From Candidatus Helarchaeota archaeon (lineage in GTDB: Archaea > Asgardarchaeota > Lokiarchaeia > Helarchaeales > RDOG01), in assembly GCA_019058315.1 (NCBI GenBank), contig JAHPZH010000001.1, positions 1,265,432 to 1,329,431 of the forward strand: a stretch of DNA of 64,000 nt. The letters run 5' to 3'. The translations under genes were made by a program, and so were the position numbers. The notes beneath the pieces are model-generated. The model did not search any database, had not been told where the DNA came from, and was given only the letters and a program-made list of their open reading frames with translations. This document shows positions 41,901 to 51,484 of the stretch, one piece after another. Position 1 is the stretch's first letter, and the number at the start of each line of letters is the position of its first letter.

Positions 41901-42383
41901 TCGGCTCCAGCTTGTCCTATTGAGATTAGCTCTTCAGTCAGTATAGGAGAAATGCAGCAATCCGATTTAAAATCAGAGTCAGAAATGAATTGGCATAAAA
42001 AAATTCATCATATTTACATGTTTTTGCCGAAAGGAATTTGTATATATGACCAATCGTTTATGCCTACTGAACAAGAAGAATTTGAACCCCAATTGGTCGC
42101 AGGAGGATTAACAGGCATCTCGGGATTAATTCAAGAGTTAACCCAAAGTAAAACTAAGGTTAAAATAGTTGAACAAGAAGAAATGACTCTACTTCTCGAA
42201 CACGGTAAATATATGACAACTGCTTTGGTTGCAGAAGAGAATCTAATTATATTACGAAATAAATTAATTCAGTTAGTTGAGGATGTAGAGGATTTATTTC
42301 AAGAAGAATTTGAGTCGTTTTATGGAAATTTAAACGTTTTTTCAAAGGTTGGTAAATTAGTTAACAAAATATTTAAGAAATAA
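38994..42383 (+). CDS. Large TPR-like solenoid + longin-like protein, copy 3
   Basis: Full-length paralog; ATG 38994 aligns with the starts of the other copies. Confidence 0.8.
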   Translation: MSDLSHKDTLNQINELIYEAEEEERKYNWIKVIDLLKKVRRISSENNIKEFEGEAYFRLGEVYQIAADFEKEEIEVSNKFQLAITNFQKAFYIFHDLQNEEKESASIAFLNYLKYVSETEKVEGSILLESARLNFIKSKILFQIKGKLKDSLKMAIFESRALNLLIGEKLVRLEKTINLDEMVLEHENLIMNISEEIKKLPVFSEIYLFHLFVGMTDFAIWSSIFLPIDNLRKTQYVKSNLNIVKELSKIFEKSGGTLSTFMVYGLCSLFNLIISAFIVEDRFEQKRHLKLSERWLKKAEKLLPIIRAGGGSNYSLEFFFFMRFTNAIFLIYLGFFSRSFKLAIADLTLMFHLMSSFFPRITNATVAFYTLIVFLLGALVRAIPAAQRIDFSKKALDFIDLMTIYIPLINNPSYKTFSVFKNFQTCIANALLGDLIQDRKESKKYLETATKTFDNLSNLKIEQDNFFNRYFLIFMANSANLIAENMEEKSEKIKYYDLAITYFSKSVKFGGTFLDIENMFSLGTIQYKLARLMNDDEIFKKSYESYKNAIEYCSGKGYYNLVGSGFVKLAQIEDRLGNYLSAAENYKKALESFDRALITFTYLKLGKKIEKLKNYMNAWQLIEIAKSHHIKEDHTNAQLNYEQASHILSGIKEYNFEASFYSAWALLEKAEFLSKHNKHQEAAATYLVSKTKFDDAIEALNLKLSKKIGIRIKERVSKLIQVAEVRETYCSARYQIETARIESKKGNHILAAELYNKASTLFEKLCQTYRIRREKDELEAIFYLCKAWESMERASIQQDPSLFTIASDLFKQASHIFPDSRLKKLSIGNSLYCTALECSAKFDKTPEITEKISHYKKIKMVLRESSKNYKLGGFEQDAKWALATSTFFDAIWHLMKSDNEIDFSKKREYLSIASNYLNEALNILKDTEYEQKKEDILNHLKMIKDEKTILTSALNVIEKPEISESSIGISAPACPIEISSSVSIGEMQQSDLKSESEMNWHKKIHHIYMFLPKGICIYDQSFMPTEQEEFEPQLVAGGLTGISGLIQELTQSKTKVKIVEQEEMTLLLEHGKYMTTALVAEENLIILRNKLIQLVEDVEDLFQEEFESFYGNLNVFSKVGKLVNKIFKK

Positions 42384-42458
42384 TTTTTTTAAACATTTTT
42401 ATTATACTTTAATTTCTTTATTCCATTTATAGATAAGACAGTTTAAGAAGGTGTTTTT

Positions 42459-45233
42459 TTGGAAGAGAATGAGTCACATATTGGAGATATAAAGCCTATC
42501 TTTTTAAAATGTGAGTATTTAATCAATCCATTAGGTATAGATATTGTTGATCCGCGTTTGAGTTGGGTATTAGAATCCGATAAACGTAATAAGAAACAAA
42601 CCGCATATCATATTTTAGTGGCGAGTAATGAGGAAATTCTAAATGAAGACAGGGGAGACTTGTGGGATAGCGGTAAAGTAATAACTGATGAATCTACCCA
42701 TATAATTTATCAGGGGAAAGAACTAAAATCACAAATATTTTGTTATTGGAAAGTTCGTGTTTGGGATGGTAATGATAAACCTTCTGATTGGAGCAAGAAT
42801 GCTAAATGGAGTATGGGTTTATTAAAGGATGATGATTGGAAAGCTAAATGGATAGGAACTTCGTCTAAAAGTATATTTTGGATTAATAAAGTCTTACCAA
42901 AAAAAGATAATCCTTGTCCATTATTACGTAAATCATTTCAATTCGCGAATAAAGCTAAACGTGCCATTGTTTATGTTACTGCTTTGGGTGAGTATGAATT
43001 ATATCTTAATGGAAAACGTGTTAGTGATCATATTTTAGCTCCAGAATGGACAGATTATGATAAAAGAGTACAATATCAAACTTATGACGTTACCGATCTG
43101 CTTGTTGAGGGAGAGAATGTAATTGGAGCTATATTAGCAGATGGATGGTATATTGGAAACCTAGGACCAGGTATGCCACCATACCTCCATCATTTTTACG
43201 GAGAAAACAGACGCTTATTATTACAAATGGAAATAGAGCAATTTGATGGAACTATAAAAGAAATTGTTAGTGATTCAGATTGGAAAATTCTTGAAGATGG
43301 ACCTATTGAAGTAGCAGATCATTTCACAGGGGAGACTTATAACGTTCAAAAAGAAATCGTAAATTGGGATAAATCCGGCTTTGATGATTCAGAGTGGTCC
43401 CATGTAACTATTGATTCTACAATAGATAATAAAATTGTTGCACAGATGAATGAGCCAATTCGAATTGTAAAAGAAATTAAACCTATTGAGGTTACAGAAC
43501 CAAATCCTGGAGAATTTGTTTTTAATTTAGGTCAAAATATTGCTGGTTGGTGTAGAATCTCGCTTGACAAATCCATATGTGACGCTAATGCTATAATAAC
43601 GCTACGTCATGGGGAAATGCTTAATCCAGATGGAACTCTTTATACAAAAAATTTAAGAAATGCAAAGGCGACTGATACATACATACTTAAAGGGATAGAA
43701 AAACGAGAGTATCAACCTCATTTTACTTATCATGGCTTTCAATATGTTGAAGTGAAAGGGTTAAAACCAGGTATTAAGCCAAATCTCGATATGATAACTG
43801 GTTGTGTAGTTGCATCAGATGCACGATTAGTAGGTGGATTTGAAAGTTCTGATCCCACGGTAAATAAGCTCTGGAACAATATATTATGGACACAACGAGA
43901 TAATATGATAAGTGTGCCTACTGATTGTCACCAACGTAATGAGCGAATGGGTTGGATGGGTGATGCACTAGTTTTTTGTCAAATGTCGATTTTTAATATG
44001 GATATGGCTGCCTTTTACACAAAATGGATTCAAGATATAAGAGATGCCCAATCCGATGAGGGAAGATATACAGATATGTCTCCTACTCCTTATAGAATAA
44101 AAGGCCTTTTTAAACTGGTTTTTCTAGGTGCTCCAGCGTGGGCTGATTGTGGTATTCATCTCCCATGGGACGTATATTTGAATTATGGTGATAAAAGATT
44201 AATTGAACAACATTTCGATTCAGCAAAAAAATATATCGATTATGTACATTCTAAAAATCAAAATTTAATTTGGATAAGGAGAAGAGGAAATAATTACGGG
44301 GATTGGCTTAATGGTAATGAAATCAAATCAGAAGATTATCCAAAAAAAGGTGGAGAAGTTCCCAAAGAAGTTCTTTCAACAGCCTTTTTCGCTCACTCTA
44401 CAGAAATCCTTTCTAAGATGGCTGAAATAATTGGTTTAAAAGATAAATTTGAATATTATGACAATTTAGCAAGACAAATAAGAGAAAAATTCACTGAACG
44501 GTTTGTTAAAAATGATGGTAAAATCAAAGGTGATACACAAGCTGGTTATGCTATTGCTCTACACTTCAATTTATTACCCGAAGAATTACGCCCTAAAGCT
44601 GTTAAACACATGTTAAATGCAATAGAAAGATATGATGGACGTATTTCGACAGGATTCCTTTGCACATTACCTATGATGTTAGAATTAACTCGTTGGGGCC
44701 ATAATGATACCGCATATCAATTACTCTTGAGTCGAAAATTCCCATCTTGGTTTTATATGATTGATCAAGGGGCAACTACCATGTGGGAAAGGTGGGACGG
44801 ATATGTAAAGGGAAGAGGCTTTCAAAATAAATCAATGAATTCTTTTTGTCATTATGCATTTGGTTCTGTAGGTGAATGGATTATTAAAGTTATTCTAGGT
44901 ATTGATTTGGACGAAAATCAGCCCGGATATAAACATATAATTGTTAGACCAAGACCTAATGGGGCTATAACATGGGCAAAAGGATACTATGATTCAATTC
45001 GAGGTAAAATAGACGTTGATTGGAGTCTTCAAGGGAAAAAATTTAATCTCGAAATAAAAATTCCCCCAAATACTACCGCAACAGTTTATTTACCTGCAAG
45101 TAATTTAGAAAATATTACAGAAAATGATAAATCAATTCATGAATCTGATGATATAGAATTAAAAAAGTATGAAGCTAATTTGGCTATTTTAAAAATTAAT
45201 TCTGGTAAATACTCTTTTATATCTTCCATGTAA
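42459..45233 (+). CDS. Alpha-L-rhamnosidase, GH78
   Basis: CEYLINPLGID..PRLSW, DLWDSGKV, FTYHGFQYVE, PTDCHQRNERMGWMGDA, GATTMWERWD; no signal peptide. Confidence 0.93.
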   Translation: MEENESHIGDIKPIFLKCEYLINPLGIDIVDPRLSWVLESDKRNKKQTAYHILVASNEEILNEDRGDLWDSGKVITDESTHIIYQGKELKSQIFCYWKVRVWDGNDKPSDWSKNAKWSMGLLKDDDWKAKWIGTSSKSIFWINKVLPKKDNPCPLLRKSFQFANKAKRAIVYVTALGEYELYLNGKRVSDHILAPEWTDYDKRVQYQTYDVTDLLVEGENVIGAILADGWYIGNLGPGMPPYLHHFYGENRRLLLQMEIEQFDGTIKEIVSDSDWKILEDGPIEVADHFTGETYNVQKEIVNWDKSGFDDSEWSHVTIDSTIDNKIVAQMNEPIRIVKEIKPIEVTEPNPGEFVFNLGQNIAGWCRISLDKSICDANAIITLRHGEMLNPDGTLYTKNLRNAKATDTYILKGIEKREYQPHFTYHGFQYVEVKGLKPGIKPNLDMITGCVVASDARLVGGFESSDPTVNKLWNNILWTQRDNMISVPTDCHQRNERMGWMGDALVFCQMSIFNMDMAAFYTKWIQDIRDAQSDEGRYTDMSPTPYRIKGLFKLVFLGAPAWADCGIHLPWDVYLNYGDKRLIEQHFDSAKKYIDYVHSKNQNLIWIRRRGNNYGDWLNGNEIKSEDYPKKGGEVPKEVLSTAFFAHSTEILSKMAEIIGLKDKFEYYDNLARQIREKFTERFVKNDGKIKGDTQAGYAIALHFNLLPEELRPKAVKHMLNAIERYDGRISTGFLCTLPMMLELTRWGHNDTAYQLLLSRKFPSWFYMIDQGATTMWERWDGYVKGRGFQNKSMNSFCHYAFGSVGEWIIKVILGIDLDENQPGYKHIIVRPRPNGAITWAKGYYDSIRGKIDVDWSLQGKKFNLEIKIPPNTTATVYLPASNLENITENDKSIHESDDIELKKYEANLAILKINSGKYSFISSM

Positions 45234-45246
45234 AAAATATCGTAAT

Positions 45247-46401
45247 GTGGTAGAAGTGAACTCGAAAGACCGTGTTTTAACTACTTTTAATCATGAAGAG
45301 CCAGATCGAGTTCCCATTTTCGAACTTTCAATTGAGAGTCCAGATGTTGCGAATGGTTATGGAATAGATAGGATGTCTTCAATTTATAGCTTAGATGTAG
45401 AAAATGCGATCACACTATACCAAAGAATTGGATTAGATCTTTCCATAGTTCCTGTTTGTGGCTTCCCTATTGGAAAAGGGACGGGTTTTGGAAAGAAAAA
45501 GCCAGGTTTAAAAACCCCACGCTCAACAAATATGGTAGAGGAGTTTGGTAGAGTGATAACATACTCTATTAAAGATCTACCGACTTATGTAGGTGGTTGG
45601 TTTGATTCAGAAACTGGCGATTTAGATGAAATAATAGAAAAATATGAAAAATTTTCCCCACTAGACCCAAACGCAAAGTTAAGGTATATCCCTTTTGAAA
45701 GAGCAGTAAAAACTGCAGGAACATCAGAAACAAAAAGCCCATACATTATACCTATGATGCAAGGTTTTTTTGAGAATTCATGGCAGCCTTTTGGGTTTGA
45801 AAATTATACCCGATTATTATTTGAGCGTTCCGATTTTGTTGAAACAGTTTTGAACAATATTGATATTTTTTTAACAGAATTAATAGAAAATCTTGCTGAC
45901 CGTTATTCAATTGAACTAATATGTTACGGAGATGATCTAGGTTATAAAACGGGACCTTTAATAAATCCTAGAAATTTTCAAAAACTTATTTATCCTAAAA
46001 TGAAAAAGTTTGTAGAGTTTTGTCATAAAAAAAATATGAAAGTACTTTATCATTCTTGTGGAAATTTAAATAAAATATTAGATAAAGTGATAGAAACAGG
46101 AATTGATGGATTACATCCTCTTGAACCTAGTGCGGCGATGGATATATTCGCAACACATCGGAGTTATGGTGATAGATTAACATTGATAGGAAATGTTGAT
46201 ACAATTGATTTGTTAGCAAAGGGAACAACCGCACAAGTTAGTGAATACGTGAAAAAAGAAATTAAATATATCGCCCCTAATGGAGGATTAATCATTTCAT
46301 CATCACATTCAATTAATCCACAAATTTCATTTGAAAATTATAATGCTATGATAGAAACAACTAAAAAATATGGTAAGTATCCAATTTCGATAAATGATTA
46401 A
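45247..46401 (+). CDS. MtaA/CmuA/UroD-family protein (putative corrinoid methyltransferase)
   Basis: HEEPDRVP, GDDLG, YHSCG, LIGNVD, GGLIISSSHSI. Confidence 0.85.
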   Translation: MVEVNSKDRVLTTFNHEEPDRVPIFELSIESPDVANGYGIDRMSSIYSLDVENAITLYQRIGLDLSIVPVCGFPIGKGTGFGKKKPGLKTPRSTNMVEEFGRVITYSIKDLPTYVGGWFDSETGDLDEIIEKYEKFSPLDPNAKLRYIPFERAVKTAGTSETKSPYIIPMMQGFFENSWQPFGFENYTRLLFERSDFVETVLNNIDIFLTELIENLADRYSIELICYGDDLGYKTGPLINPRNFQKLIYPKMKKFVEFCHKKNMKVLYHSCGNLNKILDKVIETGIDGLHPLEPSAAMDIFATHRSYGDRLTLIGNVDTIDLLAKGTTAQVSEYVKKEIKYIAPNGGLIISSSHSINPQISFENYNAMIETTKKYGKYPISIND

Positions 46402-46414
46402 TATTGGTGATTTA

Positions 46415-47062
46415 ATGGAAGATTTAAAAAAATTAGAAGATTCAATTACAAATTTAGATAAAAAAGGAGCAGTAGATACAACAAATAAAATTATTTCTGA
46501 AAAAAAAGTTACTGTAAAACAGGGGATAGATGCGGTAACTAAGGCATTACAAAATATCGGTGAACTTTATGAAAAGGAGGAATATTATCTTGCAGAACTC
46601 GTTTATGCTGGTGACATATCGAAGACTATTTTAGGTCTTTTAGAACCGCATTTACCAAAAACTGCTGATAAAGATTTTGCCAAAAGGATTGTCATAGGGA
46701 CTGTAAAAGGAGACATGCATGATTTAGGAAAGAATATTGTGCAAGCATTTGGACGCGGAGCAGGTTATGAAATAATTGATTTAGGAAATGATGTTTCAGT
46801 TGAAGCTTTTATAAAAGAACTTATGGAAAATAATATCAAAATTCTAGGTATATCATGCCTTTTAACTGCCTGTGATTCCGAGTTACCAAAAATCCTAACT
46901 GCTTTAAAAGATAAAGGGTTAATTGACGTAAAAGTTGTTATTGGTGGAGCTGCAATGACCGAAAAATTAGCGGCAGACTTAGAAAATAAATTCAATATAA
47001 CCGTTAAATTTGCTCCTGATGCAATTAATGGAATTAAAATTTTTAACGAGTTGATAGATTAA
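46415..47062 (+). CDS. Methyltransferase corrinoid (B12-binding) protein
   Basis: Cap domain plus GTVKGDMHDLGKNIV (DxHxxG), IDLG, ISCLL, IGGAA; ATG 46415 with GGTGA RBS. Confidence 0.92.
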   Translation: MEDLKKLEDSITNLDKKGAVDTTNKIISEKKVTVKQGIDAVTKALQNIGELYEKEEYYLAELVYAGDISKTILGLLEPHLPKTADKDFAKRIVIGTVKGDMHDLGKNIVQAFGRGAGYEIIDLGNDVSVEAFIKELMENNIKILGISCLLTACDSELPKILTALKDKGLIDVKVVIGGAAMTEKLAADLENKFNITVKFAPDAINGIKIFNELID

Positions 47063-47083
47063 AATACACAAAAGAGGATATTC

Positions 47084-48262
47084 ATGAACTCGAAAGAAAG
47101 AATATTAGCAACAATTAATCATGAAGAACCGGACAGAGTTCCAATTTTCCTTTCGGGAATAGATAGTCGAGATGTGTATGAAGGTTATTTGAAATCTAAA
47201 GGAAAAAAACCAGATAAGAGCGGAAAAATTAGAATAAGGAGTATTCTACCTGGGGGTCGGGGTTGGCTTAAATTTATGGTTGATCTCGGCATTGATTTAC
47301 AGCATGCGCCCGTATGTCTTCTACCTATAGGCAAGGGCACCGGTTTTGGCGTGAAAAAACCAGGACTAAAAACTCCGCCAGAATCTACTTGGGCAGATGA
47401 ATATGGACGTATTTTTCATAGTTATAAGGCGGAGGATTCAGATTTACGTCTATGGAATTACGTAGGCGGTATCTTTGATTCTGAGACTGGTGATTTGGAA
47501 GAGATCATGAACAGATATGAAAAATGGGATCCGTTAAATGCAGATATTAAATGGAGATATTTTATTTATGAGGAGGCCCTTAAAACGGTAAAAAATGAAG
47601 GGCCTTTTGTAGTCCCGGGCATAGGTGGTTTCTTTGAGGTAACTTGGGAATCGTTCGGTTTCGAAAATTATACGAAACTCTTATTTGAACATCCTGACTT
47701 TATTGAGCAGGTCACAAAAAATAATGAAGAATTTTCTCGGCGATTAACTGAGATTTTGATAGAGAAATACAATATTGAGATGTTATGGGTCTGGGATGAT
47801 TTGGGATATAAAACAGGAACATTCTTGAATCCAAGACAATACATGAAATTAATATATCCACGGATGAAAAATCTCGTCGCATATTGTCATAAAAATGGTG
47901 TAAAGGTAGCATTACACTCTTGTGGTAATCTAAATAAAATACTAGATAAAGTGATTGATACTGGAATTGATGCTTTAAATCCAATTGAACCTTCAGCTCA
48001 TATGGACATTTTTCAACTAAAAAAAGATTATGGAAATAAATTGACATTAATAGGAAATGTAGATACTACTGATTTATTAGCAAGAGGAACTCCGGAACAA
48101 GTTGAAACCCACGTAAAGAAATTAATCAAATTCTGTGCACCTGGTGGAGGTTATATAGTGTCATCTGGGCACTCAATCAATCCTAGTATAACCTATGAAA
48201 ATTATAATTCCATGATTCAAACGACATTGAAATATGGAAAATATCCTATTGAACTACAATGA
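47084..48262 (+). CDS. MtaA/CmuA/UroD-family protein, paralog of 45247-46401
   Basis: HEEPDRVP, WDDLG, LHSCG, SSGHSI; shares PIGKGTGFGxKKPGLKTP with its paralog. Confidence 0.85.
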   Translation: MNSKERILATINHEEPDRVPIFLSGIDSRDVYEGYLKSKGKKPDKSGKIRIRSILPGGRGWLKFMVDLGIDLQHAPVCLLPIGKGTGFGVKKPGLKTPPESTWADEYGRIFHSYKAEDSDLRLWNYVGGIFDSETGDLEEIMNRYEKWDPLNADIKWRYFIYEEALKTVKNEGPFVVPGIGGFFEVTWESFGFENYTKLLFEHPDFIEQVTKNNEEFSRRLTEILIEKYNIEMLWVWDDLGYKTGTFLNPRQYMKLIYPRMKNLVAYCHKNGVKVALHSCGNLNKILDKVIDTGIDALNPIEPSAHMDIFQLKKDYGNKLTLIGNVDTTDLLARGTPEQVETHVKKLIKFCAPGGGYIVSSGHSINPSITYENYNSMIQTTLKYGKYPIELQ

Positions 48263-49473
48263 ATGAATTTCAATTATTAATCAAGCCAAGTTCTTATGAT
48301 TGTAATTTAAACTGTGAATATTGTTTTTATAAAAGAGTAGAAAAGCTCTATCCTGAAATTAAACACCCCAGAATGAGTGATAAGACATTAGAAGTCTTAA
48401 TAAAGAAATATCTTGGACTTAGGTTACAAAATTCTGTTTTTTGCTGGCAGGGGGGAGAACCCACTTTAATGGGTTTAGATTTTTATAAAAAGGTAGTACA
48501 ATTTCAGCAGAAATATGGCATAGGAGGACAACTCGTTGGTAATGTCCTTCAGACAAATGGGATATTAATTGACGAAGATTGGGCAAAATTTTTACATGAT
48601 TATAAAGTTTTTGTGGGTTTAAGCCTTGATGGTCCTGAGAATATACACGATCATTACAGAAGGACAATCAATGGGAAGGGAACATGGAAAAAAGTAATGA
48701 AGTGTGTGAAAATCTTACAAGATAATAAAGTAGAATTTAATATATTATGCGTACTGTCTAAAGCAAATGTTAACCATGTGAAAGAGCTTTATCAATTTTT
48801 TAGTGAAAATGATCTTAATTATTTACAATTTATCCCAGCGCTTGAATGTACAAATAATAAAATGGCACCATATTCTCCAACAGCAGAAGAATATGGGAAA
48901 TTTTTATGTGAAATTTTCGATTTATGGAAAAAGAACGGGGTTGAAAATGTTCATTTTCGAACGTTTGAAGATATTTTTTCATTATATCTAGGACTTTCCA
49001 CAAATTCTTGTCCATTTGGTAAAAATTGTTCTGATTATTTGGTAATAGAATGGAATGGTGATGTTTTTCCTTGTGACTTCTTTGTGAAATCAGACCTAAA
49101 ATTAGGAAATATCATAAATGATGATTTTTCGAATATTTTAAAAAATAGACCTGCAATTTTTAGTAATCGTAAAAAGAAACTCGGAAATGAATGTTTGAAT
49201 TGTCATTGGAAAAACATATGTCATGGTGGATGTTTAAAGGATAGGGATTTTTGCGAGAATACCGATAACAATAGAAGTTACTATTGTAAGGTATATAAGT
49301 TATTTTTTACATACTCTTATGAATGGTTTCTTCAAGCACAAACAAAATTTCAACAAGATAGGGGTATTACTTTAATTCCACAAATTAATAAAATAAACCG
49401 AAATGATTACTGTCCATGTGGATCTGGATTGAAATATAAAAAATGTCACGGAAAAAAACAAATTAGAGATTAG
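48259..49473 (+). CDS. Anaerobic sulfatase-maturating enzyme (radical SAM/SPASM) with C-terminal SEC-C motif
   Basis: CNLNCEYCFY, WQGGEPTL, QTNG, SLDGP, GDVFPCD, CHGGC, RNDYCPCGSGLKYKKCHG. Confidence 0.92.
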   Translation: MNEFQLLIKPSSYDCNLNCEYCFYKRVEKLYPEIKHPRMSDKTLEVLIKKYLGLRLQNSVFCWQGGEPTLMGLDFYKKVVQFQQKYGIGGQLVGNVLQTNGILIDEDWAKFLHDYKVFVGLSLDGPENIHDHYRRTINGKGTWKKVMKCVKILQDNKVEFNILCVLSKANVNHVKELYQFFSENDLNYLQFIPALECTNNKMAPYSPTAEEYGKFLCEIFDLWKKNGVENVHFRTFEDIFSLYLGLSTNSCPFGKNCSDYLVIEWNGDVFPCDFFVKSDLKLGNIINDDFSNILKNRPAIFSNRKKKLGNECLNCHWKNICHGGCLKDRDFCENTDNNRSYYCKVYKLFFTYSYEWFLQAQTKFQQDRGITLIPQINKINRNDYCPCGSGLKYKKCHGKKQIRD

Positions 49474-49620
49474 TTAATTTAATAGAAAAAAATTATTCCA
49501 TTATTAAATAATTGCCTTTATCTAAAAATATTTAAATCAAATATGCTATACCAAGAAATATAATACAGATATATACAATTATACAATTTTTTCAGTCAAC
49601 TTTAAAGGGATACTATTAAA

Positions 49621-51231
49621 ATGAAAAATAAGAAGTTATTTCTATTTTTTATTATGAATTTTATCTTAATTTCAACAATAATTATCAATAATTATTCTGC
49701 TACTTCAAATTCGTTGATATCTTGGACGAAAAACCATGAAATATGGATATCTATAAAAGAATCTTTTAAAAAATGGAATGATAATGGCATTGCGATTTGT
49801 ACATATAGTGAAGATCAAGATTATCCCCAAATTTGTAGCGATGGTGATGGCGGTGCAATTATTGTGTGGGAAGATTCTAGGAGCGGCGGTCCTAGTTATA
49901 TTTATGCACAGAATATAAATTCTGTTGGAGTCGTAGAATGGGCTTTAAATGGTACTAGAATATGTACAAATGACAGTAACCAAGATTATCCACAAATTTG
50001 TAGTGATGGTAATGGAGGTGCAATTATTACTTGGAGAGATGATAGAGTCCCAGGAAATGATATTTATGCACAGAGAATAAATTCTAGTGGAGAACTAGAA
50101 TGGAACACGAACGGTGTAGTAATTTGCAATGACTCTTCCAATCAAGATTATCCTAAGATTTGTAGTGATTTAGTTGGAGGTGCAATCATTACATGGATGG
50201 ATTATAGAAGTGGAACAAGCTATGATATCTATGCACAAAGAATAAATTCTGACGGAATCGTTCAGTGGACACCAAACGGCGAGGAGGTCTGCACAGCAAA
50301 TCGTACTCAACAACAACTTCAAATTTGTAGTGACAATGCCAGCGGAGCGATTATTACTTGGGAAGATACTAGAAATTGGCCAACTAATCGTGATATTTAC
50401 GCCCAAAGAATAAATAATAGCGGAGGGATTGAATGGCAAAACAACGGCACTGTGGTTAGTTCTCTAATCAGAAACCGATCTAATCCTCAAATTTGTAGCA
50501 GCGGTGAAGGAGGTGCGATTATCACGTGGGAAGAAACAATTACCGTGACAGAAATTGATATTTATGCACAAAAATTAAATTCTAGTGGAGATCTCGAATG
50601 GGGATTTGGTGCACACGGAGTTTGTGGAGCACCTTATCAGCAATATAATCCTCAACCTTGTAGTGACGGTGCTGGTGGCGTAATCATCACATGGAGAGAT
50701 TATAGAAATGGAACTCATTATGATATCTATGCACAAAGAATAAAATCAGGTGGAGGCTGTCAATGGACGACGAATGGCGTACCAATATGTACAGAGAGTT
50801 ATGATCAAATTTATCCTCAGATTTGTAGTGATGGTGTTGGTGGTGCAATAATCACGTGGGAAGATATTAGAAATTTTCCTGGACCTGCAGATATCTATGC
50901 ACAAATAATAAATTCAAACGGAATTTTGAAATTGACGACGAATGGTATGACAATATGTATAGAGAGTAATCAACAAGGCATTCCACAAATATGTAGTGAT
51001 AATGCTGGTGGTGCGTTCATAACTTGGGTTGATTTTAGAGGCGGGAGTAATTTTGACATATATGCACAGAGACTTATGAAATCTACTGCAATTAACTTAT
51101 TAGATTCGATCATACTCTTGTTAGCGAACCAAACAACGCCCATTAATTCGTTATTATTACCACTGATAATAGGGATAGCCGCAGTAATAGTGATTATAAT
51201 AATATTGATAATAATGAAAAAAAGAAAATAA
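49621..51231 (+). CDS. Membrane-anchored surface protein with 8 tandem ~55-aa repeats (predicted beta-propeller)
   Basis: N-terminal signal/anchor; 8x QxYPQICSDGxGGAIITWxDxR..DIYAQRIN; C-terminal TM plus MKKRK. Confidence 0.8.
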   Translation: MKNKKLFLFFIMNFILISTIIINNYSATSNSLISWTKNHEIWISIKESFKKWNDNGIAICTYSEDQDYPQICSDGDGGAIIVWEDSRSGGPSYIYAQNINSVGVVEWALNGTRICTNDSNQDYPQICSDGNGGAIITWRDDRVPGNDIYAQRINSSGELEWNTNGVVICNDSSNQDYPKICSDLVGGAIITWMDYRSGTSYDIYAQRINSDGIVQWTPNGEEVCTANRTQQQLQICSDNASGAIITWEDTRNWPTNRDIYAQRINNSGGIEWQNNGTVVSSLIRNRSNPQICSSGEGGAIITWEETITVTEIDIYAQKLNSSGDLEWGFGAHGVCGAPYQQYNPQPCSDGAGGVIITWRDYRNGTHYDIYAQRIKSGGGCQWTTNGVPICTESYDQIYPQICSDGVGGAIITWEDIRNFPGPADIYAQIINSNGILKLTTNGMTICIESNQQGIPQICSDNAGGAFITWVDFRGGSNFDIYAQRLMKSTAINLLDSIILLLANQTTPINSLLLPLIIGIAAVIVIIIILIIMKKRK

Positions 51232-51269
51232 AGAAATTCTTTATTCTTTTTTTAACAGTTGGATAGATA

Positions 51270-51433
51270 AAAAATCTTAAAATTTTATTAAAATATGGTG
51301 AATATGTCACTATAGCACTTATTGTAGAAGAAAATTTTAAAATCCTCTATTCAATATTATTCTACCAAAATGGAAAGGTGATATAGAGGTGTTTTTATAA
51401 GTAAAAATAATGGTTGAAAAAATTTTTACATAA
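51270..51433 (+). pseudogene. Decayed longin-domain 3' fragment paralogous to the downstream gene
   Basis: KNLKILLKYGEYVTIALIVEENFKIL, then deletion/frameshift, then ILPKWKGDIEVFL*VKIMVEKIFT*; compare KDVQILFKYGKFITAALIAVEDLEIL...ILPKWKGDLEIFSPVKVMVERIFT*. Confidence 0.8.
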
Positions 51434-51484
51434 ATTAATTCTTATTTAAAAGCAATAATTAGATCTAATAGGTGAGATTGGATA

